Of a DNA stretch of 64,000 nucleotides, positions 1 through 12,999 are shown one piece after another. The position numbers and the translations under genes were made by a program. The notes under the pieces were generated by a model. The model was not told the origin of the DNA, searched no databases, and saw only the letters and a list, made by a program, of their open reading frames with translations. This stretch comes from an uncultured Acidobacteriota bacterium. Lineage in GTDB: Bacteria; Acidobacteriota; Thermoanaerobaculia; UBA5066; DATFVB01. Location: the NCBI GenBank assembly GCA_963813155.1, contig CAWEYG010000001.1, forward strand, positions 576,001 to 640,000, written 5' to 3'. Position 1 is the first letter of the stretch, and each line of letters begins with the position of its first letter.

Positions 1-553
1 TGACCTCGAAGACCGCGGGGCTGCCTGTCGTCTCGACCATCGCAAAGTTGTAGCGGAAATTTTCGCCGCCTCCCTGGTTGACTCCCTGGATCGTGGAGGA
101 CTGGCCCGGCGCAAGCGCGAAGAGGGAAGGCACGCCGGCGAAAAAGAGACCGGTGCTGGCGCCCAGATCCTGTCCCGGGGGAAGATTGAAAATGCGCGAG
201 GAAACGAAGACATCTCCGCTGGATGCCACGATGTGGCCGGCGCCCAGCGCGCTCGCCAGGCCGAACTTGTTGAGCAGGACGTCTTCGTACATCTTCGTTT
301 CTCCGGGCAGCAGCGTGTCGGAAAACGAAGCGGGATTGGGATTCGCCTGGCCGGAGGCGAGGAAGAAGAACCCGAACGAGACGGGCTGTGTCGAAGAGAG
401 ATTCGTCACCCAGACCGACGTCGAGAACTGGGCTCCGTTGGCTCCTGCGACGCGGCCGATCGACGTCAGGTAGATGTCGCTCGAGGCAAATCCCGCAAAC
501 GCGGTGCCGAGGCAGGCCAAAAAGAGGACGACAGCGGCGACGAATCGTTTCAT
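1..553 (-). CDS. Secreted protein with a lineage-type beta-sandwich domain (partial, runs off window start)
   Basis: Manual translation from ATG 553: MKRFVAAVVLFLACLGTAFA signal peptide, then GRVAGANGAQFSTSVWVTN...RIFN...NFRYN. Similar to the C-terminal domain of 27270-28637. Confidence 0.75.
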   Translation of the reverse strand, partial: MKRFVAAVVLFLACLGTAFAGFASSDIYLTSIGRVAGANGAQFSTSVWVTNLSSTQPVSFGFFFLASGQANPNPASFSDTLLPGETKMYEDVLLNKFGLASALGAGHIVASSGDVFVSSRIFNLPPGQDLGASTGLFFAGVPSLFALAPGQSSTIQGVNQGGGENFRYNFAMVETTGSPAVFEV

Positions 554-636
554 GCCCGAACCCTTTCCCTCGAAACAAAACGCGACGCGAACTATAGCGC
601 CGCGGCCTTTCGAAAACCAGGCGGTAGAATCGCCTC

Positions 637-950
637 GTGGCCGATGAACAGCCGAGGACCGGCGGAAACGTTCTGGAGGAGAAGAAGAGCGAAACGCGGA
701 AGGCTCCGCTCTACCGCGTGATCCTCCACAACGACGACTACACGACGATGGAGTTCGTCGTCGAAATCCTCGAATCGATCTTCCACCGCTCGCCCGCCGA
801 GGCGCATCGGATCATGATGCTCGTCCACACGAGCGGCGCCGGAACGTGCGGGGCGTACCCGTTCGAGGTCGCGGAGACGAAAGTCTCGCAGGTCCACGAC
901 CGGGCGAAAGAGAGCGGATATCCGCTCCGCGCGAGCCTCGAGGAGGAGCC

Positions 951-957
<7 letters not shown>
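637..957 (+). CDS. clpS: ATP-dependent Clp protease adaptor ClpS
   Basis: LYRVILHNDDYTTMEFVV motif and YPLRASLE end; directly upstream of clpA. Confidence 0.97.
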
Positions 958-3191
<2,234 letters not shown>

Positions 3192-3203
<12 letters not shown>

Positions 3204-3878
3204 GAAGCTCCATTTCCCCTTCCTCGTGGGTTTCTCGAGGGCTCGACTCAGCTCCGCGAGATAGCGCGCCCGAGGCCACTCCACCGCCCCGAACCGCGCG
3301 AGGTGCCGCGTGTAGACCTGGCAGTCGATGAGCGCGATTCCCCGACGCTGGAGCTGGCGGACGAGGGCCACGAACGCGATTTTCGAGGCGTCCGGCTTGC
3401 GCGCGAACATCGATTCGCCGAAAAACATGCCGCCCAGCGAAACCCCGTAGAGGCCGCCCGCGAGCGTCTCCCCTTTCCAGGCCTCCGCCGAGTGCGCGTA
3501 TCCCTGCCGGTGAAGCTCCCCATAGGCCTCGAGCATCCCGGCCGTGATCCACGTTCCCGGCTCGTCGGGACTGCGCGCGGCCGCGCACCCCTCGATGACG
3601 TCGCGGAACGCCGTGTCGAGCGTGATCCTGTACGGCTCGCGCCGGATCGCTTTTTCGAGGCTCGCCGAAACGTGGAGCGTGTCCGGCTCGAGCACCATCC
3701 GCGGATCGGGCGAATGCCACAGGATCGGCTGTCCTTCCTCGTACCAGGGAAAGATGCCGGACGCATAGCCGAGCAGCAGGCGCTCCGGCCGAAGATCTCC
3801 CCCGACGGCCAGGAGACCTTCCTCGGCCAGGTTCGGGTCGGGAAAGGCGAGATCGGATCCGAGCCGGAAGACGGGCAC
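3192..3878 (-). CDS. aat: Leucyl/phenylalanyl-tRNA--protein transferase
   Basis: GLLAVGGDL, GIFPWY, WHSPDPR, GGLYGV, FFGESMF, DASK motifs. Confidence 0.96.
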
Positions 3879-3921
3879 GCGGAAATTATGCCTCGCTTCC
3901 TATGGGACAATGTCCCTCTCC

Positions 3922-4536
3922 ATGAAACGAGCCACCGGGTTCCTGCTCCCCTGGCTGCTCGCGATCGTCTTCGCGGCGATCTCGGTGCTCCTGCTGCGCC
4001 AGGTGATCCGAACGCCGGCGTCCCGCGTCGACTCGGCGCCCGTCGTGATGGCGATCCGAAAGATCGCGCGGCTCGCGACGGTCGAGGTGCAGGTCGCCGA
4101 CGTCGTTCGGTACGAGGAATTCAAGAATTTTCTTTTTCTGAGCTTCCCGAAGAGCGCGATCCTCCAGGTCCGCGGATCGGTCGTCGGAGGATTCGACCTG
4201 GACCGGGACGGGTTCAAGGTCGACAGTCGCCCCGCCGACCGGACCGTGAAGATCCAGCTCCCGCGGCCGACGATCCTTTCGATCGACCCCAGGCTCCAGT
4301 GGTTCGACGAGAAGAGCGGCGTGTTCAACCCGATCACGCCGGAGGACCGCAATCGATGGATGATCTGGGCGCGCACGAGCCTGGCCCGAACCGCGAGGGA
4401 CGCCGGGATGGACCGGAAGGCGGAGGAGCAGGCCGTCAAACTGCTCACCGCCGCCGCCCAGGCGCTCGGGTGGAAGGCGGAAGTCACGTTTGCCGGGCCA
4501 AAACTCCTTTTGCCTCAAGTCGTTGCGAACGACTGA
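3922..4536 (+). CDS. DUF4230-like membrane-anchored protein
   Basis: N-terminal TM helix; LATVE...GSVVGGFDL...IQLPRPTILS pattern. Confidence 0.75.
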   Translation: MKRATGFLLPWLLAIVFAAISVLLLRQVIRTPASRVDSAPVVMAIRKIARLATVEVQVADVVRYEEFKNFLFLSFPKSAILQVRGSVVGGFDLDRDGFKVDSRPADRTVKIQLPRPTILSIDPRLQWFDEKSGVFNPITPEDRNRWMIWARTSLARTARDAGMDRKAEEQAVKLLTAAAQALGWKAEVTFAGPKLLLPQVVAND

Positions 4537-4552
4537 CTCGACGCCGCGAAGC

Positions 4553-4580
4553 GTAACCTTCCGGCGGGACCGCCGTCTTA
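4553..4580 (+). promoter_or_regulatory. Putative ECF sigma promoter (autoregulatory)
   Basis: GTAACCTT-N13-CGTCTTA upstream of the ECF sigma gene; same spacing as three other sites in the window. Confidence 0.65.
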
Positions 4581-4632
4581 AGGGTGTCAGGGAACTCGGA
4601 CCGGAGGCAGAAATGATCGGGGCGACCTCACA

Positions 4633-5196
4633 ATGAAGAGCGACCTCGATCTGCTCCGGATGGTCGGGCGCGGAGACCCGGACGGCGCCACGGGGCTGTT
4701 CCAGAAATACTCGGAGCCTCTCCTGCGGTTTGCCGACCGGATGCTGTCGAACCGCTCGGAGGCGGAAGAAGTCACCCAGGAGGTTTTCTTGAAGATGATC
4801 ACTCGCGTGGAGCAGTACGACGGCCGGGCGGCCGTCTCTTCGTGGCTCTACGCGATCGCCGCCAACGCCTGCCGGGACCGGCTGAGGCGCACGAAGAGAG
4901 CGGTCGTCGTGCCGCTCGATTCGGTCGAGGAGGCTGCTTCGAAGGAAACCGGGGTCGAAAAGCGAATCCACGACCGCGATCGGCGGCGCGCGGTCCGAAG
5001 GGCCCTGTCCCGCCTGTCCGACGAGCAGCGCGAAGCGCTCATCCTCGCCCGCTACCACGGGATGCCGTACGCCGAAATCGCCCGCACGCTCGAAATCACC
5101 GAAGGCGCCGTCAAGACGCGCGTCTTTCGGGCGATCGAGACGCTCAAGGAAGTCTTCTCCGAGGGAGGAAGCCAATGGAATGCAATGACGTCGTAG
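4633..5196 (+). CDS. ECF RNA polymerase sigma factor
   Basis: Region 2 (AEEVTQEVF...WLYAIAANACRD) and region 4 (YAEIA...GAVKTRVFRA). Confidence 0.95.
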   Translation: MKSDLDLLRMVGRGDPDGATGLFQKYSEPLLRFADRMLSNRSEAEEVTQEVFLKMITRVEQYDGRAAVSSWLYAIAANACRDRLRRTKRAVVVPLDSVEEAASKETGVEKRIHDRDRRRAVRRALSRLSDEQREALILARYHGMPYAEIARTLEITEGAVKTRVFRAIETLKEVFSEGGSQWNAMTS

Positions 5197-6119
5197 AAAA
5201 CGCGATCGAACGCCTGGCCCAGCCGCTCGCGCCGCCGGTTCAAATCGAGATCGACCGCCACCTCTCGGACTGCGCGGAATGCCGGGATCGAGTCGGAGAG
5301 GCGGAGAGCGCGTGGGCGCGGCTCGGGACCGACGCGGACGTTCCGCTCGACCCGGAATTCGCCCGCGAGACCCTGGGAATGCTCGAATCCGAAACCCTCC
5401 GCCGTCGCGTGACGCCGTTTCCCCGCAGCCGGTTCAGCCCGGCGCTTCGCATCGCGGCCCTGGTCGCGGCCGGCGCGAGCGGATTTCTCCTCTCGCGCGC
5501 GACGCAAACCGGAAAAGGCGCGGCGCCGCTTTCGGCCGCTTCCCGCTCGGAGACGCCGGCCGCGCCCCTCCCCGATCTCTCGCGCCAGCCGAAGCTCACG
5601 AACGTGGCCTTCCAGCCGGCCGATCCCTCGGGAAAGATCGGCGTGTCGTTCGACGCGACGGCACGCTACACGGTGACGGGCAAGCCCGGAGAGAAGAGCC
5701 TTTCCGACCTCCTCAATTACCTCGTCGCCGGCGGCGCCGGGACGGAAGGCGCACGCGGCAAGGCGATCGACCTCGTCTCGCAGCACTACGCCGACGGAGC
5801 GCCCGCGTCGCCGCAGATCGTCGCGACGCTCGTGCAGACGCTGCAGAAGGACGAGAACCCGGGAGTCCGCAAGAAAGCCGCCGAAGCGCTCTCGCAACTC
5901 CCGGCCACGCCGCAGATCCGAGACGCGTTCCTCGGCGCTCTCCGCGGAGACGCGTGCCCGGCCGTCCGAATCGTCGCCGTCGAGAGCCTCGCGAAAGTCG
6001 CGCTGACCCTTCGCGATCCCGCCGCGATCGAGACGCTCCGCCAGAAGGCGAGCGACGAGCGCGAGACCGGCTACGTGCGAGTGAAGGCCGCATCCGCCCT
6101 GAAGAGGATCGACCTGTGA
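5175..6119 (+). CDS. Anti-sigma factor with zf-HC2, TM helix and C-terminal HEAT repeats
   Basis: HLSDCAEC (HxxxCxxC) motif, a hydrophobic segment, and HEAT-like DENPGVRKKAAEAL / PAVRIVAVESL repeats. Confidence 0.85.
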   Translation: MECNDVVENAIERLAQPLAPPVQIEIDRHLSDCAECRDRVGEAESAWARLGTDADVPLDPEFARETLGMLESETLRRRVTPFPRSRFSPALRIAALVAAGASGFLLSRATQTGKGAAPLSAASRSETPAAPLPDLSRQPKLTNVAFQPADPSGKIGVSFDATARYTVTGKPGEKSLSDLLNYLVAGGAGTEGARGKAIDLVSQHYADGAPASPQIVATLVQTLQKDENPGVRKKAAEALSQLPATPQIRDAFLGALRGDACPAVRIVAVESLAKVALTLRDPAAIETLRQKASDERETGYVRVKAASALKRIDL

Positions 6120-6142
6120 AGCTCGATGTCTCCGCTCCGGGC

Positions 6143-6170
6143 GTGACCTTTTTTTCCGCGCAGCGTCGTA
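6143..6170 (+). promoter_or_regulatory. Putative ECF sigma promoter
   Basis: GTGACCTT-N13-CGTCGTA immediately before the DUF4097 gene. Confidence 0.6.
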
Positions 6171-6175
6171 TGAGC

Positions 6176-8161
6176 ATGAGAAAAGAAAGCCCGCAACGTT
6201 TGAATGGAACACGCCGGGGCGACCGGGCGCTCTGGATCGTCGCGCTTCTCGGCCTGATCGTTCTCGCTTTCGCCGCGGCGAGCCGCGGCGGCGAAGCGTA
6301 CAACTCCGTCGCGCACCGGACCGACCGCTTCAGCGCCGGCAAGCTTCGCGACCTCTCCGTCGAAAACATCAGCGGCGACATCCAGATCGCGGAAGGGCCT
6401 TCCTTCTCCGCCGTCGCCGAGGTCACCGTGAGGGCCACGAGCTCCTCCGAAGCGAAGCGATACCTCGACCAGACGAAAGTCGAGTTCGAAAAAGAAGACA
6501 ACGGCTCCGCGACCCTGCTGACGCGCGAGCCGGGCGCCCGGGTGACCCGCCGGGGGCGGGGCTGGAGCATCCACGTCGATCGCGACGAGTGCCGGTACCG
6601 GATCGAAACGCGGTACCAGATCACACTTCCGCCCGACACCTCCCTCGACGTCCATACCGTCAACGGCAACGTCACGGTCCAGGGCATCGCGGCGGCGACC
6701 GAGGTCAGCTCGGTCAACGGGCGCGTGAAAGTGTCGGGAACGCGGCACGACCTGCGGCTGCACACCGTCAACGGCGGAATCGAGGCGACCGCGGCCGAGC
6801 TTCCCCGCGGCCTCCACGTCGATGCGGAGACGGTCAACGGGAACATCGAGCTGCGACTCCCGCCGCGCGCCGGATTTCACCTGACCGGCCAGACGATGAA
6901 CGGCGACATCGTCAGCTCGTTCCCCCTTCCCGTCAAGGCGTCCCCGGGCGAGTCTGAGATGCTTCGCGCCGATCGCGAGAGGATGCGGTCCGACCGGGAG
7001 CACGTCCGCCGCGAGATCCGAATCAAAGAAAAGGAAGTACACGAAAAGGAGCGGGACCGGGAGACCGATGAGGCCGACGATGACGGGGACATCCACATCG
7101 ACCTCTCGGGCCTGAAGGAGAGCCTCAAGGAGCTTTCCTCGGAGCTCGCGACGATCGGGCCGGAAATCGCGGCGAGCGTCGCGGAGAACCTGCACCACGC
7201 CTACGACGGATCCGTCGGCGGCGGCGGAGCCGAGGTGCGCTGCTCGACGCTGAACGGCCGCATCGCAATTCTCTCCGACGGCTCTTCTGCGAGCGAAGCG
7301 AAGTCGATCCTGCCGCGACGGAGCTCGGGTTCGTGGCGCGCGATGGTCCATCCCGTGCCGCCCGTGCCTCCCGTTCCGCCGATCCCGCCCGTGGCTCCGA
7401 TTGCGCCCATGGCCCCGATCCCGCCGGTACCTCCGGTGCCCCCGCGAGCGCCGCGCGCTCCCCGAAGCGCGGAGGACCAGGAGGGCTCCATCATCCGGGG
7501 CGACATCAACGGGGATTTCGCCAAGACCCTTCCCTTCGGGGACGTCCAGCTCGGAAAGGTCTCGGGCACCGTTCGGGTGGTGACCTACGGCGGGGAGATT
7601 ACCGTCGCCGAGGCCGGCAAAGGCGCCGACCTCTCCACTTCCGGCGGCGACATCCGCATCGACCGCGTCGCGGGAAATCTGCGATGCATCACGCACGGCG
7701 GCGAGCTCCGGATCGGAAACGTCTCGGGCGACGCCAAGCTCGAGACCATGGGAGGAGACGTCGCGCTGCGCTCGTGTGCTGGCTCGGTGTTCGCCCGGAC
7801 CGGAGGAGGCGACCTCGTCCTTTCGCAGGTACGCGGCTCGGTCCAGGCCTCCTCGGGAGGCGGCACCGTGCGCTGCGAGGTGGTGGGCCGCGAGACGCCC
7901 GGGGGAATCTCGATCTCGAGCGGCGCGGGCGACGTCACTCTTACGCTTCCCGCGAACTACCGGGGCAACGTCGACATTCGCGTGAGCGGCATCGACTCCG
8001 AAGGGGACTTCATCGTGTCGGAGTTTCCGGACATCACGGTCTCGAAGCGATCGTTCGGAAGCGTGCAGTCCGCCCAGGGAACGCTCAACGGTGGCGGCCC
8101 GAAGGTGAGCATCCGCATCTCGTCGGGGACCGTCCGGCTCAAGAAGGGGCCCGCGGCCTAG
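6176..8161 (+). CDS. DUF4097-family beta-strand repeat protein with two repeat blocks and a Pro-rich linker
   Basis: TVNGNV/TVNGGI repeats, then T(S/G)GGD(I/V) repeats; N-terminal TM/signal. Start is ATG 6170 or 6176. Confidence 0.85.
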   Translation: MRKESPQRLNGTRRGDRALWIVALLGLIVLAFAAASRGGEAYNSVAHRTDRFSAGKLRDLSVENISGDIQIAEGPSFSAVAEVTVRATSSSEAKRYLDQTKVEFEKEDNGSATLLTREPGARVTRRGRGWSIHVDRDECRYRIETRYQITLPPDTSLDVHTVNGNVTVQGIAAATEVSSVNGRVKVSGTRHDLRLHTVNGGIEATAAELPRGLHVDAETVNGNIELRLPPRAGFHLTGQTMNGDIVSSFPLPVKASPGESEMLRADRERMRSDREHVRREIRIKEKEVHEKERDRETDEADDDGDIHIDLSGLKESLKELSSELATIGPEIAASVAENLHHAYDGSVGGGGAEVRCSTLNGRIAILSDGSSASEAKSILPRRSSGSWRAMVHPVPPVPPVPPIPPVAPIAPMAPIPPVPPVPPRAPRAPRSAEDQEGSIIRGDINGDFAKTLPFGDVQLGKVSGTVRVVTYGGEITVAEAGKGADLSTSGGDIRIDRVAGNLRCITHGGELRIGNVSGDAKLETMGGDVALRSCAGSVFARTGGGDLVLSQVRGSVQASSGGGTVRCEVVGRETPGGISISSGAGDVTLTLPANYRGNVDIRVSGIDSEGDFIVSEFPDITVSKRSFGSVQSAQGTLNGGGPKVSIRISSGTVRLKKGPAA

Positions 8162-8162
8162 T

Positions 8163-8222
8163 CCCCACCCCGGCTCACGCCACCCCTCTCCACAAGTCGT
8201 GGAGAGGGGCTGGGGGTGAGGA
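8163..8222. repeat. CIR/RIME-like palindromic intergenic element
   Basis: Hairpin CCCCTCTCCAC-aagtc-GTGGAGAGGGG followed by ctgggggtgagga, between convergent genes; related copy at 60176-60268. Confidence 0.7.
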
Positions 8223-8225
8223 TAC

Positions 8226-10411
8226 CTACTTTACCCGCACGCTCACCGAGTTCGAATAGGCCGATACCCTCCCGGTCGCCGTGTTGAACGCCTGGACCCG
8301 GTACACGTACCGGCCGGATGCCACGCTCTGGGAATACGTCGTCACGTTGGCCGCGACCTGTCCGACCCTGACGAAGCTCGTCGTTCCAAACGGCGCCCGC
8401 TCGATCGAAAACCCGGTTTCGTTGCTCGATTTGTCGGCCCAACGGAGCGCCACGACGCCTGTACGCGAAACACTCGCCGTGAGGTTGGCCGGGGCAATGA
8501 TGACGTTCGGGTCGGCCGTCGCCGCGATGGCCACGGTCGCCGATGCCGTCGCGCCGCGGTTGTCCGTGACCGTGAGTTTGGCCGTGTAGTTTCCGAGTGC
8601 CGTGTAGGTATGCGACGCCGTCGCGCCCGACGCGGTGCCGCCGTCTCCGAAGCTCCAGGCGTACGACGAGATCGACCCGTCGGAATCGCTCGATTTCGTC
8701 CCGTCGAAAGAGACAGCGAGCGGAGCGATCCCCGAAACGGGAGTTGCGCTCGCGACTGCGGTGGGCGGAGCGTTCGCCGTCCCGGGCGGAATGACCAGGA
8801 GGGTCACGCTCTGTCCGGGAACGGTCGTCGAAAAGCTCGAGCCGGACGCCGCGACGTCGGCGAGTCGCGCGATCGCGTTCGAGGAAGAGAGCTGCCACAC
8901 CTGGGCGCTCCCCGCGGCCGGAAAGTTCGAGAGGACGACCGAGATCGGCGTCGTCCCGGAAAGGTACTTGCTGACGATCATGACCGTCAACGCCCCGTCG
9001 GAGGAGCGCACGGCCGCGAAGCTCGAAACGTTGTCCGGGTTCGGGCCGCCCGCGAAAACACTCGTGTCGCCGAACGTCGACCGGTTGCCGTCATAGTTGC
9101 GATACATCTTCATCGCCTTATACGTCGGCGTCGACGGGTCGGGCGTCGTCCAGCGCGTCGCCAGATCGAGCCCCTCCCGCCCGAAGATTCCGAAGATGTC
9201 CGCCTGCGTCGTCGCGCCGTTGATGTGACCTTCCGCCCCCCAGTTGTATTCGGTGATCGCCGTTTGAAGGCCCGGATAGTAGGTCGAGACCCAGTTCTTC
9301 ATCCGCGGGATGAGCATGACCTTGTCGTTGATCCAGCTCGAGTCGACGTAGGCCGGATCCCACAGCGAACGGGTGGAGCGGTTCCGGAGGAGCTGCGTCG
9401 CGGCCGACGTGTCGTTTCCGAATTCCCCGCCCTGCGGATAGTAGTGAAGCGAAAAGACGTCGAGGACGCGCTGGCCCGTCGACAACTCGTTCTGATGAAG
9501 CTGGTCGAGCAGCCACGGCATGTAGTCCCAGTTGCCGTGCGCGGCGCGGTCGGGAAACGAGGACCAGTTGTGCGCGGCGCCATATTGCTGGTCGTACCCG
9601 CTGTAGAAATACCCGCTCCAGCCCCATTCCTCCGGGCCCACGATTCGGGCCGACGCGTCGGCGCCGCGGATCATCGCGCCGAAACCGATCATCTTGGACC
9701 GAATTTCATCCATCGTGGGGCCGGTCGGGTGAACGTCCCGATGCGTGGAGAACCAGATACTGTGCTCGTTGTCGAGGATGTAGTACGTCAGGCCCCCGTT
9801 GGACGCGGAGCCCCACGTATTCACCAGGTGCGCGACCCACCCCTGTTCGAAGACCGAGTTATTCGGTACGTCCGCGTCGTTCGGGTCGTTGCCGAGCACG
9901 TTCTGGCCGCCCGAGAGAACGCCGTTGCCGGCGTCCGGGAACCATTGCCAGTCATTTCCGGTTTGAGACACCGTACTTCGATATCGAAAAACTCGCGAGC
10001 TTGTTCCGGTTCGCGGCGAGCTTCGCGACCCAGTCGACCATCGGAATCGTGAGCATCGCCTGGGCGCCCGCCGGCCTTGCTCATCGAGAAGAAGGTGTCG
10101 CCGCGCTCGCCGGCGACGGCGCTGGAATCGCCGATCGACTCGAAGTACCAGTCCGCCCCCCTGTTGTCGGCGTTTTGCAGCCAGTTGTACCGGGACGAGT
10201 TGTTGCCGCCGTAACGATTGAGAGGGCAATTCAGGTCCGGCAGCGTCGTTGCGCTCCCGTAGGCGACTCCATAGATCAAAGGATGAATCGGATGGCGGTT
10301 CGCGTTGGCGTCGACGCTGATCGTGGCGGCCGGGTTCTGCCCGAAGGCGGAAATCCGGGCCGTCAGGATCAACGCCGCGCCGAGAACGGTGCCTCGGACG
10401 GGCATCTTCAT
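8226..10411 (-). CDS. Glycoside hydrolase family 44 with PKD and FN3-like domains (two apparent +1 indels near 10070 and 9970)
   Basis: Signal peptide; RYGGNNSSRYNW, LDNEHSIW, GPEEWGW, ITEYNWG motifs; PKD SYAWSFGDG. Three frames join into one protein. Confidence 0.85.
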
Positions 10412-10451
10412 TTTCTACTCCTCTATATCGGCGATCGGCTCCTGTTTTGTC

Positions 10452-10479
10452 GAAACCTTTTACCCGGTTTGTCGTCGTA
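10452..10479 (+). promoter_or_regulatory. Putative ECF sigma promoter
   Basis: GAAACCTT-N13-CGTCGTA about 20 nt before ATG 10500. Confidence 0.6.
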
Positions 10480-10499
10480 AGGATAACAGAAAGGGAGAG

Positions 10500-12740
10500 A
10501 TGCGCCGATTCACCTGGAGAATGCTCGCCCTGATCGCCGGACTGTCGCGTTTCGCCCTCGCCCAGGCACCCGAGGCGCCGATCACGATTCATCGCGCGCC
10601 GGGGCCGATCACCATCGACGGCGATCTCTCCGACCCGGGCTGGCAGGGAGCGACGAGGGTCGAGACCTTCTGGGAGACGCGCCCCGGCGACAACGTCCCG
10701 GCGAAGCTCCGGACCGTCGGATATCTCACGTACGACGACAAGGCGCTGTACGCCGCGTTCGAGTGCGACGACCCGGATCCGAAGGCGATTCGCGCTCCGT
10801 ACCTCGACCGCGACGCCGTCTCGTCCGACACGGACTACGCCGGCATCATTCTGGACACGCGCCACGACCGCCGCACGGCGCTCGAATTCCTCGCGAACCC
10901 CCGCGGCGTCCAGTACGACGCGTCGCAGGACGACTCCTCCGGCAACGAGGACACGTCGATCGATCTCTTCTGGGACTCGGCGGGGAAGATCAACGACCAC
11001 GGCTGGACGCTCGAGATCCGCATTCCGTTCTCCAGCCTCCGGTACGACTCGAAGTCGCAGATCGTCTGGGGGATCCAGCTCTATCGCAACCGGAACCGCG
11101 ATACCCGCTACCAGTACTTCTCCAACCACCTGCCGCGGGAATCGAACTGCTTCATCTGCCACGAGCGCGATCTCGTCGGCCTGGAAGGGCTGCCGGGGGG
11201 CGGACACATCACGGCCGCGCCCTACGTGACCGCAACCGAGCAGGGACACCGCACGGACGGGAACGACCTCAACTCCCGCTGGACGAACCGTCCCGCCCGC
11301 GGCAACGGCGGGCTCGACGTGAAGTGGACGCCGAACGCAAACAACGCGGTGGATGCGACGATCAATCCGGACTTCGCGCAAGTCGAATCGGACGTCGCGC
11401 AGATCTCCACGAACCAGAGGTTCGCGCTCTTCTACCCGGAGAAGCGGCCGTTCTTCCTGGAGGGACTCGACCTCTTCTCGACGCCGATCCAGGCCGTCTA
11501 CACGCGGACGATCACGTCGCCGCGCTGGGGAATCCGCGACACCGCCAAGATCGGCTCGACGAATTACACCGTGCTCGTCACCGAGGATCGCGGCGGCGGA
11601 TCGGTCACGGTTCCCGGACCCCAGTCCTCGACTCTCGTCGATCAGGATTTTTCGTCGTTCGCCGGGATCGGCCGCGTTCGGCAGGACTTCGGACGGTCCT
11701 ACGTGAGCTTTCTCGCGACGGACCGCGAGGTCGAGGGCACCGGCTACAACCGCGTGTTCGGGCCGGACTTTCAGTACGCGCCCAACGACGTCGATCAGGT
11801 CAAGGGACAGTTCCTCTACGCGCTGTCCCAGGCGCCGGACCATCCAGAGCTCTTCGCGGGATGGACGGGACAACACGTGAGCGGGCATGCGGCCTATGCC
11901 TCCTGGGACCATTCGGTACGGCACTGGGAAACGTACGTCGAGTACCGCGACGTCTCCGACGGCTTCCGCGCGGACGACGGGTACGTCCCTCAGGTCGGAT
12001 ATCGCGAGGTCAAGCCCCAGGCGTTCTTGAAGTTCTACCCGGAGAACAGCTTCTTCATCCGGCTCCAGCCGCTCGTCGTCGAGGACTACACGGTCGACAC
12101 GTCCGGAAACACCCTCCGTCAGCGTTTCTTTCCGGGGTTCTCGTTCGAAGCGAAGAAGAGCATCCAGGGAGAAGTCGACTACCTCTTCTCGTCCGAACGC
12201 GTCGGCACCGTTCTCATCCCGAAGAAGTTCTGGTCGATCTCCCTTCAGCTCGCGCCGTCGAAGATCTTCGGGCAGGTGAGCGTCAACGGCGAGATCGGCG
12301 ACGAGATCGACTACGCCAACGCCCGGCCCGGCAACGGCGGCGCGTTCACGCTCGACGCGCGGATCCAGCCCGAGCAGCACCTCGAGCTGCGGCTGGACGA
12401 GGCGTTTTCGTGGATCAACGAAACCCTGGCCGGCGAGCGCCGGCGGCTCTTCACGGCCGTCGTCCACCGCCTGAAGGCGACCTACAACTTCACCAACCGC
12501 GCGTTCCTGCGCGGAATCGTGCAATACGTGCGGTCCGACCAGAACCCGTCGCTCTACACGGCCTCGACCCCGGCGCGCCAGGGAACGCTCTCGAGCTCGC
12601 TCCTCTTCGCGTACAAGCTCAACTGGCAGAGCGTTCTGTTCCTCGGCTACGGCGACGATTCGGCCATCGACGACCAGTACCGGTGGCGGCGGCAGGATCG
12701 GCAGCTGTTCATGAAGATCTCGTACGCGTTCCAGAGGTAG
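10500..12740 (+). CDS. CBM9-like plus DUF5916 outer-membrane protein
   Basis: IDGDLSDPGW, EIRIPFSSLRY, INPDFAQVESD, PEKRPFFLEG; beta-barrel-type C-terminus FMKISYAFQR. Confidence 0.85.
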   Translation: MRRFTWRMLALIAGLSRFALAQAPEAPITIHRAPGPITIDGDLSDPGWQGATRVETFWETRPGDNVPAKLRTVGYLTYDDKALYAAFECDDPDPKAIRAPYLDRDAVSSDTDYAGIILDTRHDRRTALEFLANPRGVQYDASQDDSSGNEDTSIDLFWDSAGKINDHGWTLEIRIPFSSLRYDSKSQIVWGIQLYRNRNRDTRYQYFSNHLPRESNCFICHERDLVGLEGLPGGGHITAAPYVTATEQGHRTDGNDLNSRWTNRPARGNGGLDVKWTPNANNAVDATINPDFAQVESDVAQISTNQRFALFYPEKRPFFLEGLDLFSTPIQAVYTRTITSPRWGIRDTAKIGSTNYTVLVTEDRGGGSVTVPGPQSSTLVDQDFSSFAGIGRVRQDFGRSYVSFLATDREVEGTGYNRVFGPDFQYAPNDVDQVKGQFLYALSQAPDHPELFAGWTGQHVSGHAAYASWDHSVRHWETYVEYRDVSDGFRADDGYVPQVGYREVKPQAFLKFYPENSFFIRLQPLVVEDYTVDTSGNTLRQRFFPGFSFEAKKSIQGEVDYLFSSERVGTVLIPKKFWSISLQLAPSKIFGQVSVNGEIGDEIDYANARPGNGGAFTLDARIQPEQHLELRLDEAFSWINETLAGERRRLFTAVVHRLKATYNFTNRAFLRGIVQYVRSDQNPSLYTASTPARQGTLSSSLLFAYKLNWQSVLFLGYGDDSAIDDQYRWRRQDRQLFMKISYAFQR

Positions 12741-12748
12741 GGCGAGCG

Positions 12749-12994
12749 TTATTTGAAGACGACGACGGTCGCGCCGCGGCCGCCGCGATCCTCCGGCGCG
12801 TCGAAATAGCGATCCACGTCTTCCCGCCGGGCGAGCAGGCCGCGCACGATCTCGCGCTGCACCCCGATGCCCCGGCCGTGGATCAGGCGAACCTCGCCGA
12901 AGCGGCCGCGCGTGGCGTCGAGGTATTCCGAGACAACGGAGGGGACATCCCGGGGCAGGAACGAGTGCAGATCGAGGGAATCCTCGATCGGCAC
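12749..12994 (-). CDS. Stand-alone Smr-domain protein
   Basis: SLDLHSF, LIHGRGIG, GGRGATVV motifs; GTG 12994 preceded by GAGG. Confidence 0.85.
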   Translation of the reverse strand: MPIEDSLDLHSFLPRDVPSVVSEYLDATRGRFGEVRLIHGRGIGVQREIVRGLLARREDVDRYFDAPEDRGGRGATVVVFK

Positions 12995-12999
12995 CCTCG

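Noticed and set aside
8226-12524. 1432-aa ORF and other long shadow ORFs (e.g. 738-3020, 24833-27289, 47510-49915, 49805-52189)
   Set aside because: They are Arg/Gly/Pro-rich alternative or antisense frames typical of high-GC DNA and overlap clearly recognisable genes.
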